61,834 nt of DNA from IMG/VR virus record IMGVR_UViG_3300020061_000006, positions 1 to 61,834 of that record; one strand, written 5' to 3'. Below are positions 36,683-47,098 of this stretch, one piece after another. The notes beneath the pieces are model-generated. The model had not been told where the DNA came from. It saw only the letters and a list, made by a program, of their open reading frames with translations, and made no database searches. The DNA is from a virus. Its lineage: Duplodnaviria; Caudoviricetes. The translations under genes and the position numbers were made by a program. Each line of letters opens with the position of its first letter. The first letter of the stretch is position 1.

Positions 36683-37062
36683 ATCGGGCAATCCGGATGA
36701 TACGGAGTCAGATCCTTCACTTGGTACTTCTCCGGCACTGACGAAAGGGTGGTGTCCGTTTTGCATTCCCGCCCCTCTCGGCAATCCTTGCAATAAACGT
36801 TAAATTCGCAATCGTCATGCGGCTTCGCGTCGAGCCGGCAGTTCGGTTCCACATCCCAACCCGCGCCCCGCGCCGCTACCTCTGCTGCGCCCCGTGTGGG
36901 CCACATGCCGGCGGTGCGAGCCGTCGCGTGGCACTCCAGTGCTTCGTTAGGCACCGCTGGGCTGTGCCCTGCCAGCACCGCGTCATAGGCTGCCTGCGGC
37001 GTGCTCAGCCACCCCTTGCACGGTCCGTCGCACCGCATCCGCCAAACCTGCTCAGCGCTCAT
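36664..37062 (-). CDS. Cys-rich hypothetical protein
   Basis: CDGPC...A...GW...DCPIC. Confidence 0.65.
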   Translation of the reverse strand: MSAEQVWRMRCDGPCKGWLSTPQAAYDAVLAGHSPAVPNEALECHATARTAGMWPTRGAAEVAARGAGWDVEPNCRLDAKPHDDCEFNVYCKDCREGRECKTDTTLSSVPEKYQVKDLTPYHPDCPICRKRN

Positions 37063-37682
37063 TCTTCATCATCCGGCACGGGAGTTATGTCATGGCGCGC
37101 ATTCTGTAGCTCGCAATGGTTCCACCGCCTTTGCGCTTCATTCCACTGCACAGGCTTGCCGCATTCAAGGCAATACATGTTCGGCCCTTTAGGCGATGCC
37201 TGATGCATATTCTCAGGAAAAATCACGTGCTGCCATTTCGAATGCGTGCTACTCCACTCGATTGGAATATTGCATGTCGCGCAATGCACACAACTAGAAG
37301 GAGTGGCCGACTTCTCCAATACCCAATGCACTCCGGTAAGCTCGCAATCGCTCTGATACTTATGGAACCACCTGCCGGGCTTTGACACGTCGTTCCAATA
37401 AGCAGGCTTTTTGCATTTATCGCACACTATCCCATCGGGCCCCAGGAAGAACGACCTGGCCGGCTTGTTTGCTTCGCTAGTCTCGGCTTTCTCTTCCCGC
37501 GTCTCTTCCCAGTGAGCGCGAACGATGTTGCCGTATTCAATCTCTATGGTCGCGTTGGCGGGAACGCTATGCTCGTGCCAGCGGTTGAGAAGCTGCCTTA
37601 GGGATTCAATGCTTACGCCTTCCGTTTGAGCTACCATTTGCCTATCTAGGCAATGTTCCATCATCATTCGCACGACTATCAT
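37059..37682 (-). CDS. Protein with three CxxC-x2-P-x2-W...W-x-H repeats
   Basis: CDKCKKPAYW..WFH; CATCNIPIEW..WQH; CLECGKPVQW..WNH. Confidence 0.7.
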   Translation of the reverse strand: MIVVRMMMEHCLDRQMVAQTEGVSIESLRQLLNRWHEHSVPANATIEIEYGNIVRAHWEETREEKAETSEANKPARSFFLGPDGIVCDKCKKPAYWNDVSKPGRWFHKYQSDCELTGVHWVLEKSATPSSCVHCATCNIPIEWSSTHSKWQHVIFPENMHQASPKGPNMYCLECGKPVQWNEAQRRWNHCELQNARHDITPVPDDEE

Positions 37683-37847
37683 TTATTCACCTTCGCGTCT
37701 GCTTTGCGTACCGCCGCAAGGACCTTATCTGCGAGTTCCGGCACCCAATCCGCGTACTTGCTCTTGGGGTCCACGTCGTCAAGGCCGTAGTTTCCGAAGT
37801 CGAACCTTCGGATAGCTTGGACGATTGCGGACAGTGGCACGTTGTAT

Positions 37848-39054
37848 TCATCCGCCATCCCTGGTCGCCTCCTTATCTATACGAATCAACAGCTCTGCAC
37901 AGCTTGTGGGTATCGTGGCCGCATCCCACCAGTCCCAGTTATTTGAGTCGTCATTTCCTACGGCGAGCTTCAGCCGGTCCGCGAGTGCTTCCACGTACGC
38001 GCTTACCAGTGCGTTCGCCTCGCGCATGGGATAGATGGACTCCATTCCTCCTGCTATCGTGTCGCGCAGCTCTTCTAGGGTCAGGTTGTCTTCAGCTTCG
38101 CTCACGTCTTTACCTCCGGATCGATTGAGTCGATAACGCTTTTGGCGAACCTGGAGCTGTATTCGTCTATGTAAATGTCACACTCGTATAGCTGTAGTGC
38201 AACTTCTCGCTGCTTCTCCGCCAACGCGTGGGCATGCTCGGCAAGGATTCCGTCCGCTATGCGATCGGCTTCTTTGCTCGGCTTTCCCCAGCCTTCGAGC
38301 CATGAGAGTATTTTGTCTCTAGGGCTTTTATCGGCATACTCAACGAGTTCATCACTCATCCGCCCTCCCCCAACACCAGTCCGCATCTATCGCAAACTGC
38401 TACGTAGCCACCTGCGTACCAAACGTTGTACTCCGGAACGTGCTCGCGTCGCCACAAGCACACGAAGATATTCCACCTTCCGCGTAGCCATTTCACGTTA
38501 GCTCCTGCATAGAATGCATCGCGGCATGTATCCGGCGGTTATTTTGCGGCACAGCACGTGATGCTCAAAGTTGAGTATGCGTTCCGCCGCAGGCGGACAC
38601 GTGCATTCGACTTCGTAGTCGAGCCATCCAAGCTCGCGTGCCGCATTCGCAGCCTTCAGCCTGGTATCGAACTCGTTCCAATCCGGTTGTGCAATTTCGT
38701 CGTCTCCAAAGCCTAGGTATTGCTTGCAGCCAACGCACTGCACTCGGTAAAAGGCAACTATCATTCGCACTCCACCTCTATTACTTCGCAGGCCGTGAAC
38801 TTCCAACGCCAATTGACCTTGACGAATAGCTTTCCGGTGTCGCTGAACTTGAAATCCAGGCCGTAGGGATTGAAGCGACGCAAAGCCGCACGCCTGGCCG
38901 AATCCTCCGTGGTGGAGAATGCGACCGGACGTGCGGCTTTCATCACTACGTATCCGCTACGGATTGCGTCCGGTTTCATATCGGAAATCGCTCCTAGCGG
39001 TGCGGCATGCTCGACAGCCAAGGACGTAGCGTGCGCCACTCCAGTGCTTGTCAC
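37848..39054 (-). other. Run of small coupled hypothetical CDSs (37848-38105, 38102-38359, 38498-38764, 38761-39054)
   Basis: Overlapping start/stop arrangement. Confidence 0.55.
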
Positions 39055-39715
39055 CTATCGCCCTGTGCAGCCTGTAGCCGGCTACGGTGCCGCACTCCCC
39101 CGTGTACTGCGGCACCGCATCAGGATTGTCTATCGTGTCGTCATCCCAGCAATTCAGCGGTGCCCATTCGTGCCGCCTCGCATACTCGGATGATTTCTTG
39201 ATGACCCAATCGACAACGCCCTGACTGGCCGGAGTCACAATCTCAAACCGGTCAGTAAGCTTGTGGACTTTCTCCGCCATCGACAGCGATATGGTGTCGT
39301 ACATGCCGACGATGATCTGATTGCCCGCTACGAAAGCCGCGTGGCTTTGCTGCCCGTTGTACAGCACGTTGGTTGCTATCCAACGCTGCGAGTATCCAGC
39401 GCTGACAAGGCCCCGCAGCCGGCGACGCGTGCCGATGCTTGGGACCAGTTTGTTCGGCACGCGCTCGGGCCGCACTGACCGCAATGATTCAAGCGTAGAC
39501 GCGTAGCAGCCCACCCCTATGGTCGATACCGTCGTTGCATGGATGAAGAAGCCGTTTTCCGTGGCTTGCTCGGCTATCCTCGCATCCGTCATTCCGTATG
39601 CCCTAAGGCGGTCCCGGATTTCCCTCGCCTCACCTGAGGGAATCTGGTGGGGCTTGCCGTGAAGCCTATCCAGTCGCGACTTTTTGTCTACGCGGCTCTT
39701 GTACGTCATGGACAC
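38957..39715 (-). CDS. HTH DNA-binding protein (actinophage type) with C-terminal Zn finger
   Basis: GT.RRL.GLV..GYS...IA; WAP...WDDDTID.PDA.P; CGT..GY..H...C..C. Confidence 0.7.
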   Translation of the reverse strand: MSMTYKSRVDKKSRLDRLHGKPHQIPSGEAREIRDRLRAYGMTDARIAEQATENGFFIHATTVSTIGVGCYASTLESLRSVRPERVPNKLVPSIGTRRRLRGLVSAGYSQRWIATNVLYNGQQSHAAFVAGNQIIVGMYDTISLSMAEKVHKLTDRFEIVTPASQGVVDWVIKKSSEYARRHEWAPLNCWDDDTIDNPDAVPQYTGECGTVAGYRLHRAIGDKHWSGARYVLGCRACRTARSDFRYETGRNP

Positions 39716-39718
39716 GAC

Positions 39719-40114
39719 TTATCCCCCTAGCGCGGCATTCAGGGCCGTTTCGATAATGACGCCTTCGCTCTGCACCGGAATCATGGTCACGGTTTGCAGC
39801 GTGAAGTCGCAAATCCACGGCAGGTCGACCAGGATGTGAGCCATTCCGTCAGGTGACCTAAGGGTAATCATGACGCGGTCGTCGTCGTAGCCCTCGAACA
39901 GGATGTCCCCCTCGCCCGCCTGGTCGCATTCCATGAGGTCTATCAGAAGATCTCGCGCGAACTTCCAGGAAATGGGAGCCGGTGTGAAGAACGTAATGGT
40001 TACGGCGATTGGGTCAGACGAGTTGTAGCTCAGCCTCGCATTAATGGATGCCGGCCGCGATCCGTCCTTGGTGGTCGAAACGAAAGCCTCGCTGTCGCTC
40101 ATGTGAATGCTCAT
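39719..40114 (-). CDS. SsgA-like (SALP) sporulation/cell-division protein
   Basis: ARLSY...DPIAV...F...W.FARDLL...AGEGDI...ITLRSPDG.A...F...T...P...E. Confidence 0.88.
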   Translation of the reverse strand: MSIHMSDSEAFVSTTKDGSRPASINARLSYNSSDPIAVTITFFTPAPISWKFARDLLIDLMECDQAGEGDILFEGYDDDRVMITLRSPDGMAHILVDLPWICDFTLQTVTMIPVQSEGVIIETALNAALGG

Positions 40115-41814
40115 TCGAACCTCACGTGTCTCTGCATAGCGCTGTCCTGATACTCAGTGAATCGCGTCACGACTGAAGATATGTCGCATTCACCGCCGTA
40201 CTGTCCTTCTACAGCCACACGCCAGCCACCTATCCTTTCCGTCGGGATTGGCTGAGTTTCGGGATCGGCACTCCATTCGATGTTTATGTGTTGCATCCAA
40301 TGCACATCATCCCCGAACCGCGTAGCCTTTACCTCATTGATGTTGTACTTGGTGATTCCGCACCGGTCCAGCAATGCGCGAATCTCCGGCACCGAAAAGA
40401 ACGGCTCATCAATGACAATCCCGGGAAGGCGCGTGCCTATATGAACTCCGTTCGCGTCGCGAATCACAGGGTCCGGTCGCGGTAGACCCCTAACCGTAGA
40501 GTTCATGAAGAATCGCTCAGAAATAGTGGGAGTTCGCACAATGTCCACAGCGCGCTGAAAGTCTTCCCAATTGAACGTGAACGTCTCGTCAACGACCGTG
40601 CATTGATACGCAGGCATGCCTTCGCTGGCAATAGCGTTTATCGTCACGTCGCTAATGCCTGGCACTTCTTCGCCGTTGACGCTTACGCGTTGCACCTCAT
40701 CGACTATGACGAGAACTTCGCTCGGCCCCCTGAATCTCTGCTGAACAGTCTCAGGGCTCATTGTCGAGCCTTCGTCCGGTTCGGGTGGCTCAACTTCGCT
40801 GTCTGAATCCGGCGCAATGTTCACGGTTTCCAGTAGTCTGCGCTGCCATGATTGCAGTGGCGCTCCCATTGCTGCGGCTAGATTCGCAGTAGTGATCTCA
40901 TCCCGAATAGCCGGTTGCGGCGGTCCTACTCTGGTGAACATGTCGTTCAGCCGTCGTGCTGTCTCAGGCGGAACGCGCCGATGTCTCGTGAACGCCTCTA
41001 CGGTGGCGTCAATGTCGATATCCACGCCGCTGCTCTGCGGTACGGCGTTCTGCGCGTACGCGTCCCATAGCGCTTGCAGTTCCTCGGGCGTGCCCGTGTA
41101 TCCGACGGCTTGCAGTCGAGATGCGAGTTCGGAGCACTGGCCGGCCGTCATCGCACCCGGGGCAAGCGGAGCGTGGAGCGCGTCACGTTGAAAAGAGGGA
41201 TCGTTCGCCAGTCCACTTAGCCACGAACCGGCGGTTTGGGCTCCCGGAGCCCACTGGTAATGGGATGCCCTCGGGTGCAGCAATTCGTCGCGCTCTATCA
41301 TTTCGCGTCGCCGTTGACTGCGCGCCTCTTCCTCTTCCAGGGCTCTCGCCGTATCGTGCTGGCCTACGCGCTCCAACGCCTCTTGCAGCACCGACATTCT
41401 GCGTAGCTCACCATCGCTCCGCACGGTTGGCGCTGCGGCCGGCTTGCGGTAGCCGAACACCGGATCGTGTTCGGCCCCTTCGATGTCGCGGTACTGGAGT
41501 CTGCCAGACTCACCGCTTCGGTCAATGTATAGACCGGAACGTGGATTCGATATGGATTCCCCCTCTTCGAAATTCCCCTCGTTCTGGAATGCATGACGGG
41601 GATCCTCGGGTGGTCGACTGGTCGGAGAGCGGAACGTTCCTTTGCATCTACTTTGCTCCGCGTCCTGGTCGTAATCGTCTCCGTTCCAGGGTGCGCCTTC
41701 TGCTATCCTGTTGCGGAAGTGCTTGCCGAGCACCGCACCGCGATGCGCGGACTTGACTAGGTCCACGTCGCGACCGCAGTGCCGGCAGTAACCTGTTTCG
41801 TCCGGCTCGCTCAT
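40111..41814 (-). CDS. Large hypothetical protein (567 aa)
   Basis: N-terminal CRHCGR...KH...C.G zinc motif. Confidence 0.7.
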   Translation of the reverse strand: MSEPDETGYCRHCGRDVDLVKSAHRGAVLGKHFRNRIAEGAPWNGDDYDQDAEQSRCKGTFRSPTSRPPEDPRHAFQNEGNFEEGESISNPRSGLYIDRSGESGRLQYRDIEGAEHDPVFGYRKPAAAPTVRSDGELRRMSVLQEALERVGQHDTARALEEEEARSQRRREMIERDELLHPRASHYQWAPGAQTAGSWLSGLANDPSFQRDALHAPLAPGAMTAGQCSELASRLQAVGYTGTPEELQALWDAYAQNAVPQSSGVDIDIDATVEAFTRHRRVPPETARRLNDMFTRVGPPQPAIRDEITTANLAAAMGAPLQSWQRRLLETVNIAPDSDSEVEPPEPDEGSTMSPETVQQRFRGPSEVLVIVDEVQRVSVNGEEVPGISDVTINAIASEGMPAYQCTVVDETFTFNWEDFQRAVDIVRTPTISERFFMNSTVRGLPRPDPVIRDANGVHIGTRLPGIVIDEPFFSVPEIRALLDRCGITKYNINEVKATRFGDDVHWMQHINIEWSADPETQPIPTERIGGWRVAVEGQYGGECDISSVVTRFTEYQDSAMQRHVRFE

Positions 41815-44032
41815 TTCACCTCGTTCTTAGCAAAGTTATTTAGGTATGCCTCAGGATTGGGAACACAGAAGTGCAGCATTGCCATATCAGCAATGATTCT
41901 TGAGCATATTTCCCAAGCCTTTGCGTCGGACGGATACGCCCGAACCTCTTCCGCTACTAGTGCGGCAAGTTCGGGACCACTTCGCTTCTCTTCGGCGTAT
42001 ATTCTCGCAGCGGTATCCCAAGCGTCGCTAGTCGTCATAGCCCCACGCTTTCAGTTCGCGTTCACACCATCCGGCAGCGTCTTCGAAAGCTCGCTTAAGC
42101 GCTAGAATTTTCCCTATGTGGGAGTTGCGTTCATCGCCTTTGCGTCGCTTAGCCTTGCCGACGCCTAGCGCCCCGTGAGGCGTTTCTACCTGTGCAAAGG
42201 TTTCGGTCCCGTCGGTGACGACTAGGATTTCAAATTCGTTGGTTACTTGGAGCTTAGGTTTGGCCATTGAGAATGTACTCCTTAAACTCTTCGGCCTGCT
42301 CAATGATCTGTGTTTCTGTATCGCCTTCAGTCGAGAGGAACACAGCGGCTTGCAACGCAGCGGCACGCGCGGCCTGTTCATGATTCAGCCGAGAGGGCTG
42401 CCCATTCGCCGCAAGCCATTCGTCCATCTTCGGCATGTTAGTGGTGTCATCGCTCGGAAACTCAGACTTCGCCATGTCGTTACTCCTTAGGGATAGCGGT
42501 AGGCCAACCGGCGCCCTTGTAATCACTCGGCGTGAAAGCGCATGTGAACTGATTGGATCCGACATGTCTCCAAACTGCGCGGCCTAGCTTCTTATTGCCA
42601 AACAGGTTAAAGAAGATTTCCGCATTGCAGTGCCTACACTTTGCACGCGGATGCTCTTGCTTAGCCACTAGAAGCTTTCCTCTGCCGTCATCGCGTCCGC
42701 AACCGCGTGCAACACGGTTTCAAGGAAGCGACGCGAGCCCTCCGCAGTAACGGAAGCCACGCTCTTCGGACTTCCGTCCATGAAGTGTGACGGGCCACCG
42801 GTTACCGTGACATCTATCTGTGGAATCTCGCTGATATTAACCGTTGCTACGAACACTGCGTTCCTCCGTAAGCTTTCCGTTGACATAGGTCTTGCCGGCC
42901 GCGCTCTTATACGTGACGTTGAACTCTTCGGGACCCTTCTCGAAAGAACTACAGCTATTCATCAGTATTGATGTCACTTCAATAGGGTTACTACTAATCA
43001 TCACGGATATGCGGTTGTCTCCGCCAAGGTCACGCAGCCACATAAGAACTGCATTGATCAGTAGACGTTGCCGACGCTGCATTTCCACTGTGTCATCTAT
43101 GGCGTCACCAAGAATCTTTACGTTCTCGCGCGTTCTCTTGAGTTCTTCCTCAAGCTTCGCGATGCGGCATGACTTGGACTTCTCCCACTTGCGAACCCTT
43201 GCGCAAGGCCAGGGCTCTTCGCATCGCACGCAGAACTCTTCTTCAGTTTCATCGTCAAAGTCTGACGTGTGCTTCTTAGGCTCTTTCACTACAGCACCAA
43301 TTCCCGTCGTAGTCCTGCTTGCGTTCGCCGTAGCTTCGGGCTGCCCTGGTCGCCTCCATGGTCCCGAGCAATACGGCGCCGCAATCGTCTTCCGTTGATC
43401 CGTCAACGCGGAACACCACGTAGTCGCGTCCGATGTACTCGACCGTCCGGCACGTATAACTGTCACGACCGAAGTAGCCGCCGGCATAGCCGTGCACCCG
43501 GTTCCCTACGCGTAGCGCACTGTCTACGGTGCGCCTTTCCAGGTTGTCTACTCTGGAGATTTTGAGGACAACCGAGAAAAACGGCCGGCGGTCCAACGCA
43601 TCGAAGAAGCTTGCCGTATCGACCGCAGGCATTCTGTGATCTATCTGGAGATCGGGAATCCCACTGCCCGCGTACTCTGTTCCGTTCGCTCCCGCGACGC
43701 GAAACGTCACTGGCCCGTCGCCCTGCTGAATGAACTCAAACGCCATTGCGCTTCCTCTCGTATGTACTCTCTATCGCGTTGCAATGCTCTTCATTGGTAA
43801 GCACGTGGCGATGCACATACCGCCGTACGAAGAGGTGTCTCTGAACGTTTCGCATGGTGTGCTGAAATGACATCGTTCCGCCGTAGTAGGTCGAGCCGGC
43901 GAGCGAGCACGCGAGGCAAACCCAAAGCCAACGGCCGGCTACCCGTGGCGGCTTGTACCGCTGACCGATGCTGATGGGCTGATAGCGGATGACAATGAAC
44001 GGGATTGGCATTTCCTCCCCTAGGGCTTGCAT
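41811..44032 (-). other. Run of small hypothetical CDSs (41811-42038, 42254-42475, 42480-42668, 42668-42886, 42837-~43290, 43276-43746, 43736-~44011)
   Basis: Coupled ORFs. Confidence 0.55.
42028..42267 (-). CDS. Rv2632c/dsRBD-fold-like protein
   Basis: G.GKAKR..GD.....IG..LAL.RA. Confidence 0.55.
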   Translation of the reverse strand: MAKPKLQVTNEFEILVVTDGTETFAQVETPHGALGVGKAKRRKGDERNSHIGKILALKRAFEDAAGWCERELKAWGYDD

Positions 44033-44068
44033 TGGCGTTGGCGGTCTGCTTTAATAGAGACATCGCAA
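44027..44068 (+). promoter_or_regulatory. Cassette promoter 1
   Basis: TTGCAT...TAATAGAGACATCGCAA, shared with promoter 2. Confidence 0.65.
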
Positions 44069-44096
44069 AGGTCGGACGCAAAGGGGAACGGAAATC

Positions 44097-44312
44097 ATGA
44101 CGCACAGGAAGCTTTCGCAGGGTCAGGCCAAATCGCTTCGTGAAACCGCCAGCGTGATAGGTCGAATCCCAGGTGCGACCAACACGCTTAAGTCTCTCGT
44201 TCGTCGCGGCTTGGCGACTTGGAGTTACGAGAGCAACAGTGGCACGGTTCGCAAGTGCGCCATCCTCACCGATGCCGGAATCATTGCTCGCAAGGAATTG
44301 CGCTCCGCGTAA
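44097..44312 (+). CDS. Small winged-helix-like protein
   Basis: LS..Q...L...NTL.SL.RRGL....LTDAG. Confidence 0.75.
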   Translation: MTHRKLSQGQAKSLRETASVIGRIPGATNTLKSLVRRGLATWSYESNSGTVRKCAILTDAGIIARKELRSA

Positions 44313-44333
44313 TCGGCAACCCCCTAGGGAAAC

Positions 44334-44367
44334 CGGGGGGCATTGCTCTGTCCAATGACTTGCATTG
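44334..44367 (+). repeat. 34-bp direct repeat (terminator end plus -35 box), copy 1
   Basis: CGGGGGGCATTGCTCTGTCCAATGACTTGCATTG. Confidence 0.9.
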
Positions 44368-44427
44368 GCCTATCCGGCTATGCAATAATAGAGACATCGC
44401 AAGGGAAACACTGAAAGGGCGGGCACC

Positions 44428-44700
44428 ATGACTCGCAAGGTAACTGCACAGAAGGCCACGTTCGGCGGCTCCAAGGCACTGGTCGTCACCGCATTGCACA
44501 CAGCAAAGATCACCGGAGCGCGTGACGTTTACACCCTGTGGGTTGAGGACGCGCCCGCGAAGAACGGCGGATACGCGGCGGGCACCATCACTCACCGCTG
44601 GATTGACGGAGACGGCCGTTACGCGGACAAGCACGAAGCGACCGAAACGAAGGTTGTCACGCGCGAGTCGCTTCCCGCCGACGTGCGGGACAAGTTCTGA
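44428..44700 (+). CDS. Hypothetical protein
   Basis: Own promoter, RBS and terminator. Confidence 0.75.
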   Translation: MTRKVTAQKATFGGSKALVVTALHTAKITGARDVYTLWVEDAPAKNGGYAAGTITHRWIDGDGRYADKHEATETKVVTRESLPADVRDKF

Positions 44701-44730
44701 TCAATGCAATCCGCCCCCCGGCTTCCAAAG

Positions 44731-44764
44731 CGGGGGGCATTGCTCTGTCCAATGACTTGCATTG
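44731..44764 (+). repeat. 34-bp direct repeat, copy 2
   Basis: Identical to 44334-44367; followed by -10 CATACT. Confidence 0.9.
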
Positions 44765-44815
44765 CAGCATTCGAGCTGTCATACTCGAATCAACGCGAAG
44801 CGATAGGAGAAGAAA

Positions 44816-45058
44816 ATGGGTTACACGGGAACCTGGCAGACCGAGTGGGTAAAGACGGAAGCCGGCGAGATGAAGCGCACGTACGGCGGTCGGACCGTGT
44901 CCGTTCTGCCGAACGGAACCGTGTGGGCAAAGACTTCGCGAGCCAACAACATGGTTCGCAATGGAAGTGACGGCCAAGAGGCCGGAATGAAGTGGGCTGA
45001 CGGGCGCTACTCGCTCAAGAGTATTTCAGAACGGGAAGAGCACTTGCGCCAATCCTGA
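44816..45058 (+). CDS. Hypothetical protein
   Basis: AGGAG RBS, own promoter and hairpin. Confidence 0.75.
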   Translation: MGYTGTWQTEWVKTEAGEMKRTYGGRTVSVLPNGTVWAKTSRANNMVRNGSDGQEAGMKWADGRYSLKSISEREEHLRQS

Positions 45059-45135
45059 TCAACGCGACGCGCCCCGGCGGCTACGGCTATCGGGGCGCTT
45101 TGACGCGACGCGTCAGCATCCGCTAAGCTTCGCAT

Positions 45136-45222
45136 GTTCGGCCGTTCTCCAAGGTGCGGCCGGATGAGAGAAGCCACGCTCCGGATTAAAGGTCTCGCCA
45201 CCTCCGGAGCGTGGCTTCTCGT
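45136..45222 (+). ncRNA. Candidate small RNA
   Basis: TTGACG-N18-TAAGCT (45100-45129), CGGCCG hairpin, then GAGAAGCCACGCTCCGGA hairpin. Confidence 0.35.
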
Positions 45223-45228
45223 TTGCCC

Positions 45229-45414
45229 TCAGCCTTCCGCGTGCTCCGCATCGGTCATCAGGTCGGATTCCCACACGATCGTTCGAGCGCCATTATCCCA
45301 GTCGACTTCTACGCGCACAATCGTGGTAAATGCAAGATTAAGTGATTCGGCCTCACTCATCACGCGGCCTTTGCTGTTGTCATACCAAACGCTGTCACCG
45401 ACCGCGAATCGCAT
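45229..45414 (-). CDS. Small SH3/KOW-like protein
   Basis: F.VGD.V.....GRV...V.WD.G......E.DL. Confidence 0.65.
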   Translation of the reverse strand: MRFAVGDSVWYDNSKGRVMSEAESLNLAFTTIVRVEVDWDNGARTIVWESDLMTDAEHAEG

Positions 45415-46076
45415 CAGAACCGCATCGCGGCTGTCAGGAATTCGTCCACGTCGCCTGCCTTGAACTCGAAGCTGTCGTCAACGACCCTCAGTGTCCAGCC
45501 TTGCGCGTCGCGCTCAAGGACCGCCACGGCGAGCATGCGCTTGGGACGCAACAGCGTCGGCTCCACGAAAGCAACCGGGGTCTTTGCGCCGTCCGAGCTA
45601 TCGTAAACCGTCACAATCATGTTCTTGATTTTGCGAACATCCGCACCACGCTTGAAGGCGCCACACGTGAGCAGGATCCGCGTCACGCGCTGAGGGATTT
45701 CTTCGAGCTTGAACGTCAGCGTTTCGTCGTCTCCCTCCCCCTCGCCGGTGAGGTTGTCTCCACTGGACGTGACCGCGCCGGCGCCACCCTGCGAATCGTT
45801 CTTGAAAGCGTCCGTCGAGTCGAGCCCCACATACTTGATGGGCTTGTTGCCGACCATGCACACGCCAATAGCGTCCGCATCGCTCGCATTCGCTTCGTCC
45901 ATGAGCGCGCGTCGCGCAATACCGGACAGAGAAGCGAACCGGGACTTCTTAATGCCGTCCATATCCCACGCGGCGCCGACTTCCAGAACCTTCATTCCGT
46001 AGAGCGGATTCTGTCCATCGCCCGGAGTGAGGTTCGTCAGTGCCGCGCGATTCTCCGGCTTCAGCATGTCTGTCAT
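45414..46076 (-). CDS. terD: TerD-family protein
   Basis: VGAAWD...DADA...SSGDNLTGEGEGDDETLTFKLEEIP. Confidence 0.85.
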   Translation of the reverse strand: MTDMLKPENRAALTNLTPGDGQNPLYGMKVLEVGAAWDMDGIKKSRFASLSGIARRALMDEANASDADAIGVCMVGNKPIKYVGLDSTDAFKNDSQGGAGAVTSSGDNLTGEGEGDDETLTFKLEEIPQRVTRILLTCGAFKRGADVRKIKNMIVTVYDSSDGAKTPVAFVEPTLLRPKRMLAVAVLERDAQGWTLRVVDDSFEFKAGDVDEFLTAAMRF

Positions 46077-46771
46077 TGTGCTGCCTATCCTTATCTGTAT
46101 TTGGGCACAAAGAAGCGGTCCGACCGCGAAAGGCCGGACCGCTTCTGTTCAACTAGCCCTTTGGATTCCCCTTCATCCATCCGGACTTGATTTCTTCCCC
46201 TTCTCTTTCCTCTTCCGTGGGCATCGCTATCCTTCCGATAGGTTGCGATCACACTATCAGAAGTCGTGAATACATTTAGGGCATGAGAATATTTGATCAG
46301 AACTGATCACGTCTATCACACCCCATACAGTCGAGCGGGCCGGCAGGGCACGGGCAGCTCTGCTCAGCCGCAGGCGTCGCGTCGCTTAGGATCGTTCCCA
46401 CAGAAGTCATTGCGGGGCTAACGAATCGCGATCGCTGCGGCTCCCACGTGGAGGACGCGCCGGCCGGCTCGGCGGGCGGTGTGCCTGGCTCGGGGTCGCC
46501 GTAGGCGTGCCACTGCCCCGCGTCCCAGGCCCAGCGTCGGCCGCAGGCACAGCGGCGGTACCCGACGCGGTGCGGCTGGAAGTACGACCACCACGGCCGC
46601 CAGTGCGGATGCCGGCGGAGGCACCGCACGATAAACCGGCTATCGAGCGACATGACGCGCTCGCCTGCTTCCAGGCGTATCACCTGCCCGCCGTATTGGA
46701 GTAGGCCGGCCGCAGCTTCTTCCATGGACACGCCTGTCATAGCGCGCTGCCACGCGGCCCCTTGGTTAAAC

Positions 46772-47098
46772 TTATCGCGTGTCACCACTCCCCCCCAGCG
46801 TTCCGTTGGCAAGGCGACGCTCGACTTTCGAGAGATTAAGCTCCGCTATTCCATCCAGGGTGTAGCCAAGCTCATTGGCGCATGCCGAGATATACCACAA
46901 CACGTCGCCAAGCTCATCGGCTATCGCTTCCCTAAGCTCTGAATTGAGAAGCAGCCGGTCTCGCTGAATCTTCTTTACCTTGTTGGCTACCCCCCCGGCT
47001 TCACCGACCAGTCCGAGCGTCGCGTATTCCAGATTGCCGCCCACCTTGGGATAGACAGCGGCGCGTTTGGCTTGCTCCTGATAGTCATTCATTTGCAT
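46772..47098 (-). CDS. MazG-like nucleotide pyrophosphohydrolase
   Basis: YQ..A...LGL.GEAG.V..KVKK...ELGDVLWY...N..K...R. Confidence 0.9.
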   Translation of the reverse strand: MQMNDYQEQAKRAAVYPKVGGNLEYATLGLVGEAGGVANKVKKIQRDRLLLNSELREAIADELGDVLWYISACANELGYTLDGIAELNLSKVERRLANGTLGGSGDTR

